Shown here: positions 1 to 9,856 of the stretch, piece by piece
Numbering within the stretch: the stretch's first letter is position 1
How the letters are laid out: every line of letters begins with the position of its first letter
Virus record (IMG/VR): IMGVR_UViG_3300028591_000121
Coordinates: 55,417-119,416 of that record
Reading direction: 5' to 3' (one strand)
Source of the DNA: a virus
Lineage: Duplodnaviria; Caudoviricetes
Length of the DNA stretch: 64,000 nt
Made by a program: the position numbers and the translations under genes
The notes under the pieces: model-generated
Database searches by the model: none
What the model was told of the DNA's origin: nothing
What the model saw: the letters and a program-made list of their open reading frames with translations, nothing else

Positions 1-1
1 C

Positions 2-1735
2 GGCGGAACCGGTAGCCACAGAGATATGTGGACATTCGCACTCTCTACTAACGGGGCTGCGAACTGTAAGCGTGGAACATGTGGTTTCCGAGGAACAATC
101 AACGATTTACTCAAAATGGAAGGCAAAGAACCGATCAGGTTCAGGTTTTCAAAGATGGATATGACGAGTTCGAAGAAAAATTACACCCTTCCAAAGACAG
201 AGACGGTGGAACTGACACAAAAGTGCCGTGATTACCTTCATACAAGAGGTTTTTCGGACAACACGATCAATGCGTTCCATTTGAACAGCGATACCCAGGG
301 AAATATCGTCTTCAACTTCATTCGGCATGGTCAGGTTGTGTATCAGAAGTTCCGTGCGCCTGAAAAATTCATTAAAGGCAACGGAAAACCCAAGGAATGG
401 CAAGTTTCCAACACTGAACCGATCCTTTTGAACCTCGACGATATCTCTTTGAAGACTCCGCTCGTGATTACTGAGGGCGAATGCGATGCGATGGCTGTTT
501 TTGAAGCCGGATACACCAATGTGACATCAGTTCCGTGTGGATGTGACAATCTGACGTGGATCGACAACTGTTGGGAGTTCCTGATGATGGTTGACACCAT
601 TATTTTGTTCGGGGATGCCGATGAACCCGGTCAGAAGATGGTTGAGGACTTGAAAAACAGGCTTTCGATCTGCAATTTGCAGTTCATTCCGATTGAAGCC
701 TACCCTACCCGCCCTGATGGAACAGTTTGCAAGGATGCAAACGAGATTCTGGTGCGGTATGGCAAGGAAAAGGTGTTGGAGATGATCGGAAGCGCAGAAT
801 CCTGCGAAATTAAGGGTCTGATCGATTTCGCAGATATCCGGCGTAGCGATCCCAACAACAAAGTCCGCATCCCAATCGGTATTCCGGGCTTAGACAAGGC
901 AACAGGCGGTCTTCAAGAGGGTGGAATTACTATTGTGACGGGCGATCCTGGCTCTGGTAAGTCAACTTCGATGGGGATCACGATTATTAATGCAATTGAA
1001 CACGGTTTCCCAGTCTGTGTGTACTCCGGCGAACTTTCCGCAGAGGATTTTCAGGAGTGGATCACGCTTCAGGCTGCCGGAGATGAGTATGTCGGACTCC
1101 GATACGATGATTTCGAGAAGAGTTATGAGCCTTGGCTTGAGGATGACGTGTATAAGCGGATTTGCGAACACTTCAGGGGCAAGCTGAAGGTCTACGACAA
1201 TGAATTGGATACGCCGGAAGGTATTCTGAAGGCGGTTACAGACCTTTTTGAGGGAGCATTTCGAAGATACGGCTCAAAGTTGTTCTTTGTAGACAACTTG
1301 ATGAGCCTTGGGTGGGGTTCTTCTGGTGATGACAATGCAGTACAAGGTGAAATCATTCAAACGATGAAGCACTTCGCATTGAAGCACCACGTCCACGTTG
1401 TAATCGTTGCCCATCTTCGCAAAACAAGCCCTCTTGGACGGTCAAAAGTAACGCTGAACGATATTGCTGGCAACTCCATGTCCGTAAAGGCAGCCGACAA
1501 CGTGTTTCTCGTCGAAAATCAGGCATTTAAGGTGCTGAAAAACCGCAAAAAAGGACGTTTCCCGATCACGGAGTTTTGTTTCTGCCCCGCATCAAGAAGA
1601 ATTTATCAGGCGGATGTCGGAGACACGCTGGTTTGCAATTGGGATCGCAATGGAGCACCTCATCCGGCAAAAAGAGCAGACTCTTTGGACGATTACAAGA
1701 TCAAGCCACCGCCAGTAACCAACGAACCGATCTAA
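2..1735 (+). CDS. Primase-helicase (TOPRIM + SF4 helicase, T7 gp4/Twinkle-like), probably 5'-truncated by the window
   Basis: TOPRIM motifs ITEGECDA, FGDADEPG and KDANE; Walker A GDPGSGKS; FFVDNL; VAHLRK. The frame is open from position 2. Confidence 0.9.
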   Translation, partial: GGTGSHRDMWTFALSTNGAANCKRGTCGFRGTINDLLKMEGKEPIRFRFSKMDMTSSKKNYTLPKTETVELTQKCRDYLHTRGFSDNTINAFHLNSDTQGNIVFNFIRHGQVVYQKFRAPEKFIKGNGKPKEWQVSNTEPILLNLDDISLKTPLVITEGECDAMAVFEAGYTNVTSVPCGCDNLTWIDNCWEFLMMVDTIILFGDADEPGQKMVEDLKNRLSICNLQFIPIEAYPTRPDGTVCKDANEILVRYGKEKVLEMIGSAESCEIKGLIDFADIRRSDPNNKVRIPIGIPGLDKATGGLQEGGITIVTGDPGSGKSTSMGITIINAIEHGFPVCVYSGELSAEDFQEWITLQAAGDEYVGLRYDDFEKSYEPWLEDDVYKRICEHFRGKLKVYDNELDTPEGILKAVTDLFEGAFRRYGSKLFFVDNLMSLGWGSSGDDNAVQGEIIQTMKHFALKHHVHVVIVAHLRKTSPLGRSKVTLNDIAGNSMSVKAADNVFLVENQAFKVLKNRKKGRFPITEFCFCPASRRIYQADVGDTLVCNWDRNGAPHPAKRADSLDDYKIKPPPVTNEPI

Positions 1736-1749
1736 GGAAGGGAAAAAGT

Positions 1750-1932
1750 ATGAAAAAGAACGAGGTACGTGCAGGACAGAGGGTCAAGTTCGATACCCCG
1801 CACGGTATCGAAGAGGGTTATGTGATTTATGACACCTGTTTTGATGTTTATTTTCAGGTGAAAACAGATAAAGGACGCAATCTTTTGCTGTTGCCAGAGG
1901 AGTTGACGCTTGTTGAAGAAGACGGAGAGTAA
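1750..1932 (+). CDS. Small hypothetical protein
   Basis: ATG at 1750 after purine-rich RBS; MKKNEVRAGQRVKF... Confidence 0.6.
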   Translation: MKKNEVRAGQRVKFDTPHGIEEGYVIYDTCFDVYFQVKTDKGRNLLLLPEELTLVEEDGE

Positions 1933-2740
1933 TCCCCACTATTCTTTCTCTGCTTTGACCTCTTTTCTCCAGTGCCCGATGAGTTTTTATCTCCATAATA
2001 TCGAAGGAGTTCCAAGTGATGGTAATGCATTCTCTGATTACGGAAGTTATTGCCACAAACTCTTGGAAGACTGGGAGAAAGGAACGATTCCGCTGTTTGC
2101 TTTGGCGGATGAGTATGAGGGAGGCTATCAGAGCAACGTTACCCATGCATTTCCTGCCTTCCCGAAAGGTATGCCTGAGAAATTCTTCCTCGCTGGACTG
2201 GAATACTTTGAAAACTTCAGCGGATTCGATGAGGATTATGAAATTCTTGAGGTTGAGAAGAAGTTTTCGATCCAGATCAGAGGACATGAGATCCACGGAA
2301 TCGCAGACGTTATCTGTCGGAACAAAAAGACAGGGAAGATTGAGGTGATCGACCACAAATCCAAGTCGAAAGCCTCGATGAAGAAAGAATATCAGATTTA
2401 TAAGAAGCAACTTTATCTTTATGCGATCTACATCAAGCAGGAATACGGTGAGTGGCCGGCAAGACTCCGCTTCAATATGTTCAGAGAGGGCTACTGGATT
2501 ACAGAAGACTTTGATGAAGCGTATGTGAAGGAGACTGAGGACTGGATTGAGGACACGATCAAGAAGATTGAAGCCACGAAGGACTGGGCGATCTGCCCTA
2601 ATTGGTTCTTCTGCTTGCAACTGTGCGATGTGATCGGTAGCTGCCCCGCAAGAGATGCGATTGTAACCGGGGCTGCATTCGAAAAGAAAGAGAAGAAAGG
2701 TAAAAAGGAAAAGGAGAAAGAGGAAAATGGCGATGCGTGA
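1910..2740 (+). CDS. PD-(D/E)XK / Cas4-like exonuclease
   Basis: SFSAL..FLQCP, HGIADV, IDHKS, QLYLYA and a C-terminal Cys cluster. Confidence 0.85.
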   Translation: MLKKTESNPHYSFSALTSFLQCPMSFYLHNIEGVPSDGNAFSDYGSYCHKLLEDWEKGTIPLFALADEYEGGYQSNVTHAFPAFPKGMPEKFFLAGLEYFENFSGFDEDYEILEVEKKFSIQIRGHEIHGIADVICRNKKTGKIEVIDHKSKSKASMKKEYQIYKKQLYLYAIYIKQEYGEWPARLRFNMFREGYWITEDFDEAYVKETEDWIEDTIKKIEATKDWAICPNWFFCLQLCDVIGSCPARDAIVTGAAFEKKEKKGKKEKEKEENGDA

Positions 2741-2930
2741 ATTGACCTACTGGATTCCGCTCTACACATTCATCCTGACTTCGTTCTTCGCTCTCGTATT
2801 CGGTTATTACCATAACGAGAAGATGATTGAGACCGAGCAGTATGAACTGATGGTACAGCCTTGGAAGCCAATCCTGATTAACTGGGCGATCATTACGATC
2901 TTTATTCTGGGGGTGAGTCTTGGAGCATGA
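2727..2930 (+). CDS. Small two-TM membrane protein
   Basis: Two hydrophobic stretches; overlaps both neighbours. Confidence 0.6.
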   Translation: MAMRELTYWIPLYTFILTSFFALVFGYYHNEKMIETEQYELMVQPWKPILINWAIITIFILGVSLGA

Positions 2931-3136
2931 CCGAGAAGCAGATAAGAACACATTCCGCTAGTGAGTGTCAGAGGATTTACTGTCAGGAGTACGGATTCCC
3001 CTGGGTCGCTCCGATTAAGTGTTGCCCTAGGTGTGGATTTGATATCTATGACCCTGAGAAAGGGTACACGAAAGAACAGGCAGCGACTCAGATGATTACC
3101 AGCTGTCCCCACTGTCATTACAGCTTTGTCGATTAA
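2927..3136 (+). CDS. Small Zn-ribbon protein
   Basis: CPRC and CPHC motifs; ATGA overlap. Confidence 0.65.
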   Translation: MTEKQIRTHSASECQRIYCQEYGFPWVAPIKCCPRCGFDIYDPEKGYTKEQAATQMITSCPHCHYSFVD

Positions 3137-3154
3137 AGAAAAGGAGATTCAGTT

Positions 3155-3955
3155 ATGGGTAATGAGTTGAAGGTTTTCCAGAACGAACAGTTTGGTCAGG
3201 TACGTGTGATGATGGTCGACAAGGATCCGTGGTTTGTTGCTGCGGATGTGTGCAAGGCACTTGAACTCAAGAACTACAACACGTCTCTCCAGCTTCTTGA
3301 TGATGACGAAAAAATGACTATCCATAATGTGGATAGTCATTCAGGTCAGCGTGGTGGAGCGCAGTTCACAACACTTATTAACGAAGCAGGACTTTATTCT
3401 CTGATCCTTCGTTCCCGCAAGCCTGAAGCCAAAGCTTTCAAGCGTTGGGTAACTCACGAGGTGCTTCCGTCGATTCGTAAGCACGGTATGTATGCGACTG
3501 ACGAAACTCTTGATAAGATGATCGGAGATCCTGATTTTGCAATCAAGCTCTTTACGACTCTCAAGGAAGAGCGTGAGAAGAATAAGAAGCTTCAGGCTAC
3601 CGTCGAAACTCAGGCTAAGAAGATCGAAGCTGACAAGCCCAAGGTTCGTTACTATGACATCATTCTCCAGTGTGAGGAACTCCTTACTCCTACTCAGATC
3701 GCCAAGGACTATGGCATGAGTGCGATCAAGTTTAACAGGTTGCTTAGTGAACAGCACATTCAGTTCCGTCAGGGTAAGAAGTGGATTCTGTATCAGAAGT
3801 ACGCAGACCTTGGATGGGGACAGAATCAGACCAGTGAATATTACACGGATTGGGGGTTCAATTGCGACACCGCTCTTCGCTACACTCAGGTAGGACGCAG
3901 AGGAATCTATGACAAGCTCAAGGCTAATGGAATTCTCCCGATCTGTGAACGTTAA
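3155..3955 (+). CDS. Phage antirepressor (Bro-N + ANT/KilAC)
   Basis: PWFVAADVC, INEAGLYSLILRSRKPEAKAFKRWVTHEVLPSIRKHG, TQIAKDYGMSA. Confidence 0.92.
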   Translation: MGNELKVFQNEQFGQVRVMMVDKDPWFVAADVCKALELKNYNTSLQLLDDDEKMTIHNVDSHSGQRGGAQFTTLINEAGLYSLILRSRKPEAKAFKRWVTHEVLPSIRKHGMYATDETLDKMIGDPDFAIKLFTTLKEEREKNKKLQATVETQAKKIEADKPKVRYYDIILQCEELLTPTQIAKDYGMSAIKFNRLLSEQHIQFRQGKKWILYQKYADLGWGQNQTSEYYTDWGFNCDTALRYTQVGRRGIYDKLKANGILPICER

Positions 3956-3978
3956 TTAATTTAGAACGGAGTATTGAA

Positions 3979-6900
3979 ATGCCAACGATTGAATTCGAAA
4001 ACTACCATTCTCACAGTTGTATCAGCAACGGTTCGTCCTTGGCAGATTCCCCGGTTCTCTATGATCAGTACGCAAAGGTATACAAGGAACGTGGAATGCA
4101 CTGTCTCTTTGCTGTTGAACATGGAAACCGGGGAGACGTATTCCGCTGCTATTCTCTGACAGAACAGTATGCGGAACAGTCTGAACCTTATAAACTCACA
4201 ACTCTTGCAGGAGCGGAAGCTTACTTTGTAAACGACCGCAAAGCAAAAGATAGAACAAATGCCCATCTGATTCTGATTGCCAAAGATCAGGAAGGTTACT
4301 ATGAACTGAATGAGATTCTCAGTGAGTCATATGAGACGGGTAAGTATCACAAGAATCGAATCGACTGGGAGTTACTTGAGCGGCTCGATCCAACCCATTT
4401 CGTGTGTACTACCGCATGTGTCGCTGGCCCAGTAGGTAAGATGGATGAGAGTGCGGTTTGCAGACTCGCCAGTATCTTCGGTAAGAACTTCTACCTTGAA
4501 GTCCAGGCACATCTTCAGGCTGATCAGATTGAGCATAACAAGAAAGTACTCTATCTCTACCATAAGTACGGTTATCCTCTGATCTTTGCTACTGACTCCC
4601 ATTACATCGACAGCAAGGACAAGATTCTCCGTGATCAGATTCTCCTCTCTTCGCACATTACTTACGAGGACGAAGGAAGTTTCGATTTGTTCCTTCCTAC
4701 CGCTGAAGAAGCTTACGAACTGATGAAGACTCAGGGAGTACTTTCTGAAGCTCAGATTCGTGAAGCTTTCGACAACACGCTCCAGTTCCGGGATTACCCA
4801 GGCGTAACATTTACGCATGAGAAGAAGATTCCGAATATCTATCCCAAGCTTTCACAGGAGCAGAGGGACAAGATGTACTGGACGATGTGTCATGAGAAGT
4901 ACGAGGAGTTGTATGGAGATACACCAGACGAACAGAAGCTTGCCGAGTACGAAGATCTTGAGAACAACGAACTCCATCCCGTCATCGAAACCCGCACAAC
5001 AGATTACTTCTTGGATGTTAAAGCCACTATTGAAAAGGGCATTAAATACGGGGGAATCCTTACCCACACAGGAAGAGGTTCTGGCGTGTCGTTTGCTTCC
5101 AATCATCTTCTTGGTTTCACGTCAATCAACAGACTCCGCTGTCCAGTAACTCTTTATCCTGAGCGTTTCATTTCTGCGGAACGTCTTAAAGCCGGCAGTA
5201 TTCCCGATCTGGATTTGAATATCGTAGCTCAAGAACCTTTCCAGAGAGCGGGACGTGAGATATTCGGAGAGTTTAGTTTCCTTCCGATGATTAAGTACGA
5301 TACGAACAAAGCCGGGGCTGCGTTCAAAATGCTAGCTAGGGCTAATGACATTCCTTTTGAGACAGCGAATCTGGTATCCAAGCAGTTGAAGAGATACGAT
5401 ACTGAACTTGCTTATGCGGATGAAGATGAAAAGGACATGATTCAGCTTGAGGATTATGTCGAACCACGATTCCTTGATCTGGTTAAAGAATCAGAAGCTT
5501 ACCGTGGAATCATAATGAGGTTTGGCGTACATCCTTGCGCTCATCTGATGGTTCAGGGAGATATCCGCAGACTCTTCGGTACAATTATTATCGACTCAGA
5601 ACACAGCAAGAAAGACCCAGTAAGATGTGCTTATATTACTGGTGATATGGCTGACAAATTTGGTTATGTTAAGCAAGACCTTCTGATAGTGGAGTGCGTG
5701 AAACTTGCAGAGATGGCTTATGAAGCCGCTGGGATTGAGATGCCTACGGTGGATAAGTTGATTGAGATTACTAAGAACGATAAACCTACTTGGGATATCT
5801 ACGCTAAAGGCTTGACCCTGGGTGTGAATCAGGTCGAGAAGCAGAAGACTTCCGACAGAGTGAAACAGTTCAAGCCCAAAAGTGTGTCTGAGATTTCCGC
5901 ATTCATTGCTGCCATCAGACCGGGCTTCAAGACGATGCTCAATTCCTTCGTAGCACGAGAACCTTTTACTTACAACATTCCAATCCTCGACAATATTCTC
6001 CAGACAAAAGATATGCCTTCCTCTTGGTTACTTTATCAGGAACACATTATGACAATAGCTAAGGTTGCGGGACTGACTCCGGCTGAAGCTTATGTTCTGA
6101 TTAAGGCGATTTCGAAGAAGAAGAAGAAAGTTATCGAAGAGAAGAAGGAGAAGTTTATCAACGGTCTGACCGAGGTTCTTTGTTCTCAAACTCACGACTC
6201 AGTAGAGAAAAACAAAGACATTTCAATGCAAGTATGGCAGATCGTGGAAGATTCTGCGTCCTATATGTTCAACGCTTCTCACTCATTTTCTGTAGCGTGT
6301 GACTCGTTATACGCCGCATATGTTAAGGCTCACTACCCTATCGAGTTTTACAAGACTCTGATTACTCTCTATGCGGATAAAGGTAAGAAGGACAAGATCG
6401 CTGAAGCTAGGACTGAAGCTTTGAAAGGATTTGGGATCAGGTTTGTACCGCCCAGATTCAGGCAGGACAACAGAACCTTCTCGATCAATAAAGAAGAGAA
6501 CACAATCTCCGACGTTCTTGTTTCCGCAAAGAGTATGGGTAAGCAGGCGGCTGCCGATCTCCTCAAATACAAGGACTACGATGGAAAGTACTTTGTTGAT
6601 CTGGCTTACGATATCTCAAGAAACACATCGATCTCCAAGACTATGATGGAGATACTGATCAAGATGGATTACTTCCAGGAGTTTGGTTCTGCGGGTAAAC
6701 TGATGGGTCTTTGGCAGGAACTCAGGGAAGGCAAGAACAAACTCAATGATAAGTTGATCGAAAAAACATTTAATGCGCGGCTTGAAATCCTGCATGAGAT
6801 GGAAGACAAGATGCCCGAATCAGAGTTGCCAATGGGTTTCCGCATCAGGTTTGAGATTGAAACGTTTGGTACTCCGATCTCTACATTTCCTGATGCGAGA

Positions 6901-7179
6901 GGTATGTATGCGGTGACTTCAATCGATGACAAATATGGGATTAAGCTTGGACTTTACAATCTGCGGACAGGCACTGCTGGTATCGTAAAGGTGAAGAAGC
7001 CAATCTTTACCGCCCATCCTCTTTATGTTGGCGATGTGCTGCATCTTGATCTCTGGTTGCCACAGCCGGCCTATACATACAAGGATGGTAAACGCCAGAA
7101 AATTGAAGGTTCGAAGGAATTATGGATTGAACAGTATACGGTTCTTACTGATCCCGTGTCTGGGGTCAAGGAAGAATAA
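3979..7179 (+). CDS. dnaE: DNA polymerase III alpha-like (family C) polymerase
   Basis: PHP motifs NYHSHS and TDSHY; GRGSG; PDLDLN; KQDLL; LLYQEH; YMFNASHS. 1066 aa with no internal TAG. Confidence 0.93.
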   Translation: MPTIEFENYHSHSCISNGSSLADSPVLYDQYAKVYKERGMHCLFAVEHGNRGDVFRCYSLTEQYAEQSEPYKLTTLAGAEAYFVNDRKAKDRTNAHLILIAKDQEGYYELNEILSESYETGKYHKNRIDWELLERLDPTHFVCTTACVAGPVGKMDESAVCRLASIFGKNFYLEVQAHLQADQIEHNKKVLYLYHKYGYPLIFATDSHYIDSKDKILRDQILLSSHITYEDEGSFDLFLPTAEEAYELMKTQGVLSEAQIREAFDNTLQFRDYPGVTFTHEKKIPNIYPKLSQEQRDKMYWTMCHEKYEELYGDTPDEQKLAEYEDLENNELHPVIETRTTDYFLDVKATIEKGIKYGGILTHTGRGSGVSFASNHLLGFTSINRLRCPVTLYPERFISAERLKAGSIPDLDLNIVAQEPFQRAGREIFGEFSFLPMIKYDTNKAGAAFKMLARANDIPFETANLVSKQLKRYDTELAYADEDEKDMIQLEDYVEPRFLDLVKESEAYRGIIMRFGVHPCAHLMVQGDIRRLFGTIIIDSEHSKKDPVRCAYITGDMADKFGYVKQDLLIVECVKLAEMAYEAAGIEMPTVDKLIEITKNDKPTWDIYAKGLTLGVNQVEKQKTSDRVKQFKPKSVSEISAFIAAIRPGFKTMLNSFVAREPFTYNIPILDNILQTKDMPSSWLLYQEHIMTIAKVAGLTPAEAYVLIKAISKKKKKVIEEKKEKFINGLTEVLCSQTHDSVEKNKDISMQVWQIVEDSASYMFNASHSFSVACDSLYAAYVKAHYPIEFYKTLITLYADKGKKDKIAEARTEALKGFGIRFVPPRFRQDNRTFSINKEENTISDVLVSAKSMGKQAAADLLKYKDYDGKYFVDLAYDISRNTSISKTMMEILIKMDYFQEFGSAGKLMGLWQELREGKNKLNDKLIEKTFNARLEILHEMEDKMPESELPMGFRIRFEIETFGTPISTFPDARGMYAVTSIDDKYGIKLGLYNLRTGTAGIVKVKKPIFTAHPLYVGDVLHLDLWLPQPAYTYKDGKRQKIEGSKELWIEQYTVLTDPVSGVKEE

Positions 7180-7194
7180 GAAAGGAATAATAAA

Positions 7195-7608
7195 ATGAAT
7201 AAGATTTCTTTTCCATACTTTGTAGATGTAGGGTATGGGAATACATTCAACACGGATTGTATTTAGGGTGTAATCAGAGTAGGCACAAGAGGTGCAGATC
7301 GTACCCTTGACTGGGCTAAGAAGAACAGAAAAGTCTGGGATTGCCGTATGAATAAGACTCTGAACTCTATCTTCCTGCTGACAAATGGAGATGTGGTTAT
7401 GTCCCACTTGTCACTGGAGACTGCGAGAAAGCGTCTCAACTCCGGCATTCGACTTGCTGCCGACCCACCCGTCGAAGATAACGAGTGTCGATACACGGAA
7501 GTTATTATCCCAGAGACTCCGATTGTATTCCCTAAGCCAGCCCCTAAAGTTATTGACACTGAAGATATTTTTGATGAGGACGATTTCGAGGAGAGTGAAA
7601 ATGAATGA
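7195..7608 (+). CDS. RemA/DUF370-like protein; one in-frame TAG (7264)
   Basis: Read-through gives FVDVGYGNTFNTDCI*GVI...AKKNRKVWDCRMNKTLNSIFLLTNGDVVMSHLSLETARKRL, resembling RemA (INIGFGN...RIIAIV...VILSAVQPETV..RL). RBS AAGGA; ATGA overlap with thyX. Confidence 0.72.
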
Positions 7609-8282
7609 TTGAACTGCAGCCTTGTGCGAGGATTTAGTTTCCGACAACACCAGAACAAGGAGTGGAGATGTAGAAACTGTGTGAGTATGCGGCAAGAAAT
7701 TGCTACAACACTACAGCTAAGATGACTGAGACGAGCTACCAAAAGATGATCCCCGCCTAGCTTAAAAAAGGACACGAGTCTCCGATTGAACACTCGCTTA
7801 TGATTGCGGAGATTGTTACTGGGCGAGATGTTATGGCTGAACTGACCAGGCATCGACTGAACAGCTTCTCAATCCGCAGTCAGAGATATGTAGATGAATG
7901 CAAGACTGGCGATATTGCATTCTGTGTTCCGCATTTTGAAAGGTACGGAGAAGAGAAAGCCCATGTCCTGTATAGTCTCTGGAAAGAAGATTGTTTAGCT
8001 TGTGAGGAAAGCTACAAGTATCTGAAGGAAGCAGGAGCGATTAATGAGGACGCACGTAAGGTTCTGATTAACTCTACTGCTACTCAGATCATAATGAGCG
8101 GTAACCTTAGATCCTGGAGACATGTATTTCAACTGCGGACAGCGAAGGATGTGTATCCTGAGTGCAGGATCGTTATGTGTGAGTTGCTCGAAAAAGCCAA
8201 GCTGATGTATCCCACAGTGTTTGACGATATTATTCCTGATGCAGCAGAGGAGAACGACGATGGCAATAGTAAAGAATCCTAA
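7605..8282 (+). CDS. thyX: FAD-dependent thymidylate synthase; three in-frame TAGs (7635, 7671, 7758)
   Basis: AARNCY, GHESPIEH, ELTRHRLNSFSIRSQRYV, EDARKVL, GNLRSWRH. The N-terminal motifs are only included if TAG is read through. Confidence 0.93.
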
Positions 8283-8472
8283 CACGGAATTCCGCAAAGG
8301 GCTGAAGAAGCGGATCAAGTCAAATGGCGGTTATTGCCTGAATAAAGAGAAAGGCAATAAGGATAACAAGTGTCCGTGTAAAGAGTTTAAAGAGACTGGG
8401 GAATGTGAATGCGGGATGTACGTTACAATCCCCGACGAACTGCTTGGAGAGGAGTTCACAGAAGATGATTAA
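8260..8472 (+). CDS. Ferredoxin-thioredoxin reductase catalytic-subunit-like small Cys-rich protein
   Basis: NGGYC...KCPCKEF...GECECGMY. Confidence 0.7.
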   Translation: MAIVKNPNTEFRKGLKKRIKSNGGYCLNKEKGNKDNKCPCKEFKETGECECGMYVTIPDELLGEEFTEDD

Positions 8473-8980
8473 GTTTGAAAAGGTTTCATTTGAACAGTTT
8501 TGTCATGATTTTGTAGTGATGACTGGTGAGAATAACGAGTTTGATGAGCAGACTATCCGTGGGATTTATGATTCGATTCAGCTTCCCAAGCGCAGTACTT
8601 CTCAGTCTGCCGGATATGATTTCTTTACTCCGTATCTGTGTCAGATTCAGACAGGGTGTGACGCTCGTATTCTCACAGGCATTCGTGCCATTATGGATCC
8701 AGGTTATGTGCTGATGATTTATCCCCGCTCAAGTCTGGGGATTAAGAGCGGTGTTACTCTTGCAAATAGCACCGGGATTATCGATGCCGACTATGCAAAT
8801 GCTAAGAACGAAGGACACATCCACATTGTACTGACTGCGAAGGAGAGTCCAGTAAAGCACTTTGTTACTCTTGCTCAGGGTGACAGGGTTGCCCAGGGTG
8901 TGTTCCTCAAGTTCTTCACTACCGACGATGATGCGGCTGATGGTGTGAGGACTGGTGGCATGGGTTCTACTGGTAAGTAA
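8465..8980 (+). CDS. dut: Trimeric dUTPase
   Basis: SAGYDF, PRSSLG, GIIDADY, RVAQG, RTGGMGSTG. Confidence 0.93.
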   Translation: MIKFEKVSFEQFCHDFVVMTGENNEFDEQTIRGIYDSIQLPKRSTSQSAGYDFFTPYLCQIQTGCDARILTGIRAIMDPGYVLMIYPRSSLGIKSGVTLANSTGIIDADYANAKNEGHIHIVLTAKESPVKHFVTLAQGDRVAQGVFLKFFTTDDDAADGVRTGGMGSTGK

Positions 8981-9109
8981 GATGTATATCTGGCATAACA
9001 CAAGAGGTAAAGCGGATCAGTACTTTATTTGCAAAGGACAGAGAGTACTGATCCAGATCCCTAAATGGCTTGGAATGTTATTAATTAAATTATAAGAGGT
9101 GTTGTATTT

Positions 9110-9652
9110 ATGGCTGAAAACATGGATTTTGATCCTATGAGTATCTTTGGAACTATGTTCCTTGATGCGATTGTCAACTTGAACGAAGATGAAATGGACA
9201 AGATGTCTGAGGTGTTCTCTTCCGCCGCTAATCGACTGGCACAGGAACAGAAGGAAGCCGAAGAAAAAGATAGTAATAAGGAAGAAGAACTTCCTTGGAA
9301 CAAAAAGAAGTCGACCGATGAGAAGGAAGAAGAACTTCCTTTCTGTGATGGCGATTGTGCGTCCTGCGAAGATCTTCCTTCCTGCGATGGAGACGATGAG
9401 TCTTGCGATGAAGAGGACGAGGAAGAAGCTGAGTATCCTATGAAGGACTTTGACGTGGATAAGATTTATATGAGCAAGAACAAGATGACTGTTGTTTGGA
9501 TGGACGGCACGAAGACCCACGTTGTTAATACCTTCGAAGAGAAGATGACTCCTTGGACAGGGTTCTGTGCTGCTGTTGCTGAACGTCTGTACGAGTCGAA
9601 GGAAACGGCTCTGATGCAGCTTGAGTATGGTCTGGATCGGGGTGCAGTGTAA
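9110..9652 (+). CDS. Acidic hypothetical protein
   Basis: Intact ORF with RBS; internal EEELP and CDGD repeats; TVVWMDGTKT motif. Confidence 0.7.
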   Translation: MAENMDFDPMSIFGTMFLDAIVNLNEDEMDKMSEVFSSAANRLAQEQKEAEEKDSNKEEELPWNKKKSTDEKEEELPFCDGDCASCEDLPSCDGDDESCDEEDEEEAEYPMKDFDVDKIYMSKNKMTVVWMDGTKTHVVNTFEEKMTPWTGFCAAVAERLYESKETALMQLEYGLDRGAV

Positions 9653-9855
9653 TGATCAAGGTTTATTCTACTGGGTGTCCGCAGTGTCTTCTTCTCGAAA
9701 AGATGTTGAAAGATAAACATGTAGAGTACGAGATCATTAGTGACGAGGAGAGCTTGATGAAGCTCTCCTCTCCTAGCGTCCCTCAGATGGATTTATGTGA
9801 CGGAACTCCGATTATGTTGTTCCCCCAAGCTCTACAGTATGTAAGGGGGCTTTGA
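9652..9855 (+). CDS. Glutaredoxin/NrdH-like protein
   Basis: VYSTGCPQC and SVPQ; directly upstream of nrdD. Confidence 0.8.
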   Translation: MIKVYSTGCPQCLLLEKMLKDKHVEYEIISDEESLMKLSSPSVPQMDLCDGTPIMLFPQALQYVRGL

Positions 9856-9856
9856 T

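Noticed and set aside
1910-2740. CRISPR-Cas system suggested by the Cas4-like nuclease
   Set aside because: No repeat-spacer array or other cas genes were seen; standalone Cas4-like nucleases are common in phage replication modules.
5200-5225. DnaE active-site PDLDLN as a catalytic mutation
   Set aside because: PDxDLN is the normal form in PolC and in many phage family C polymerases.
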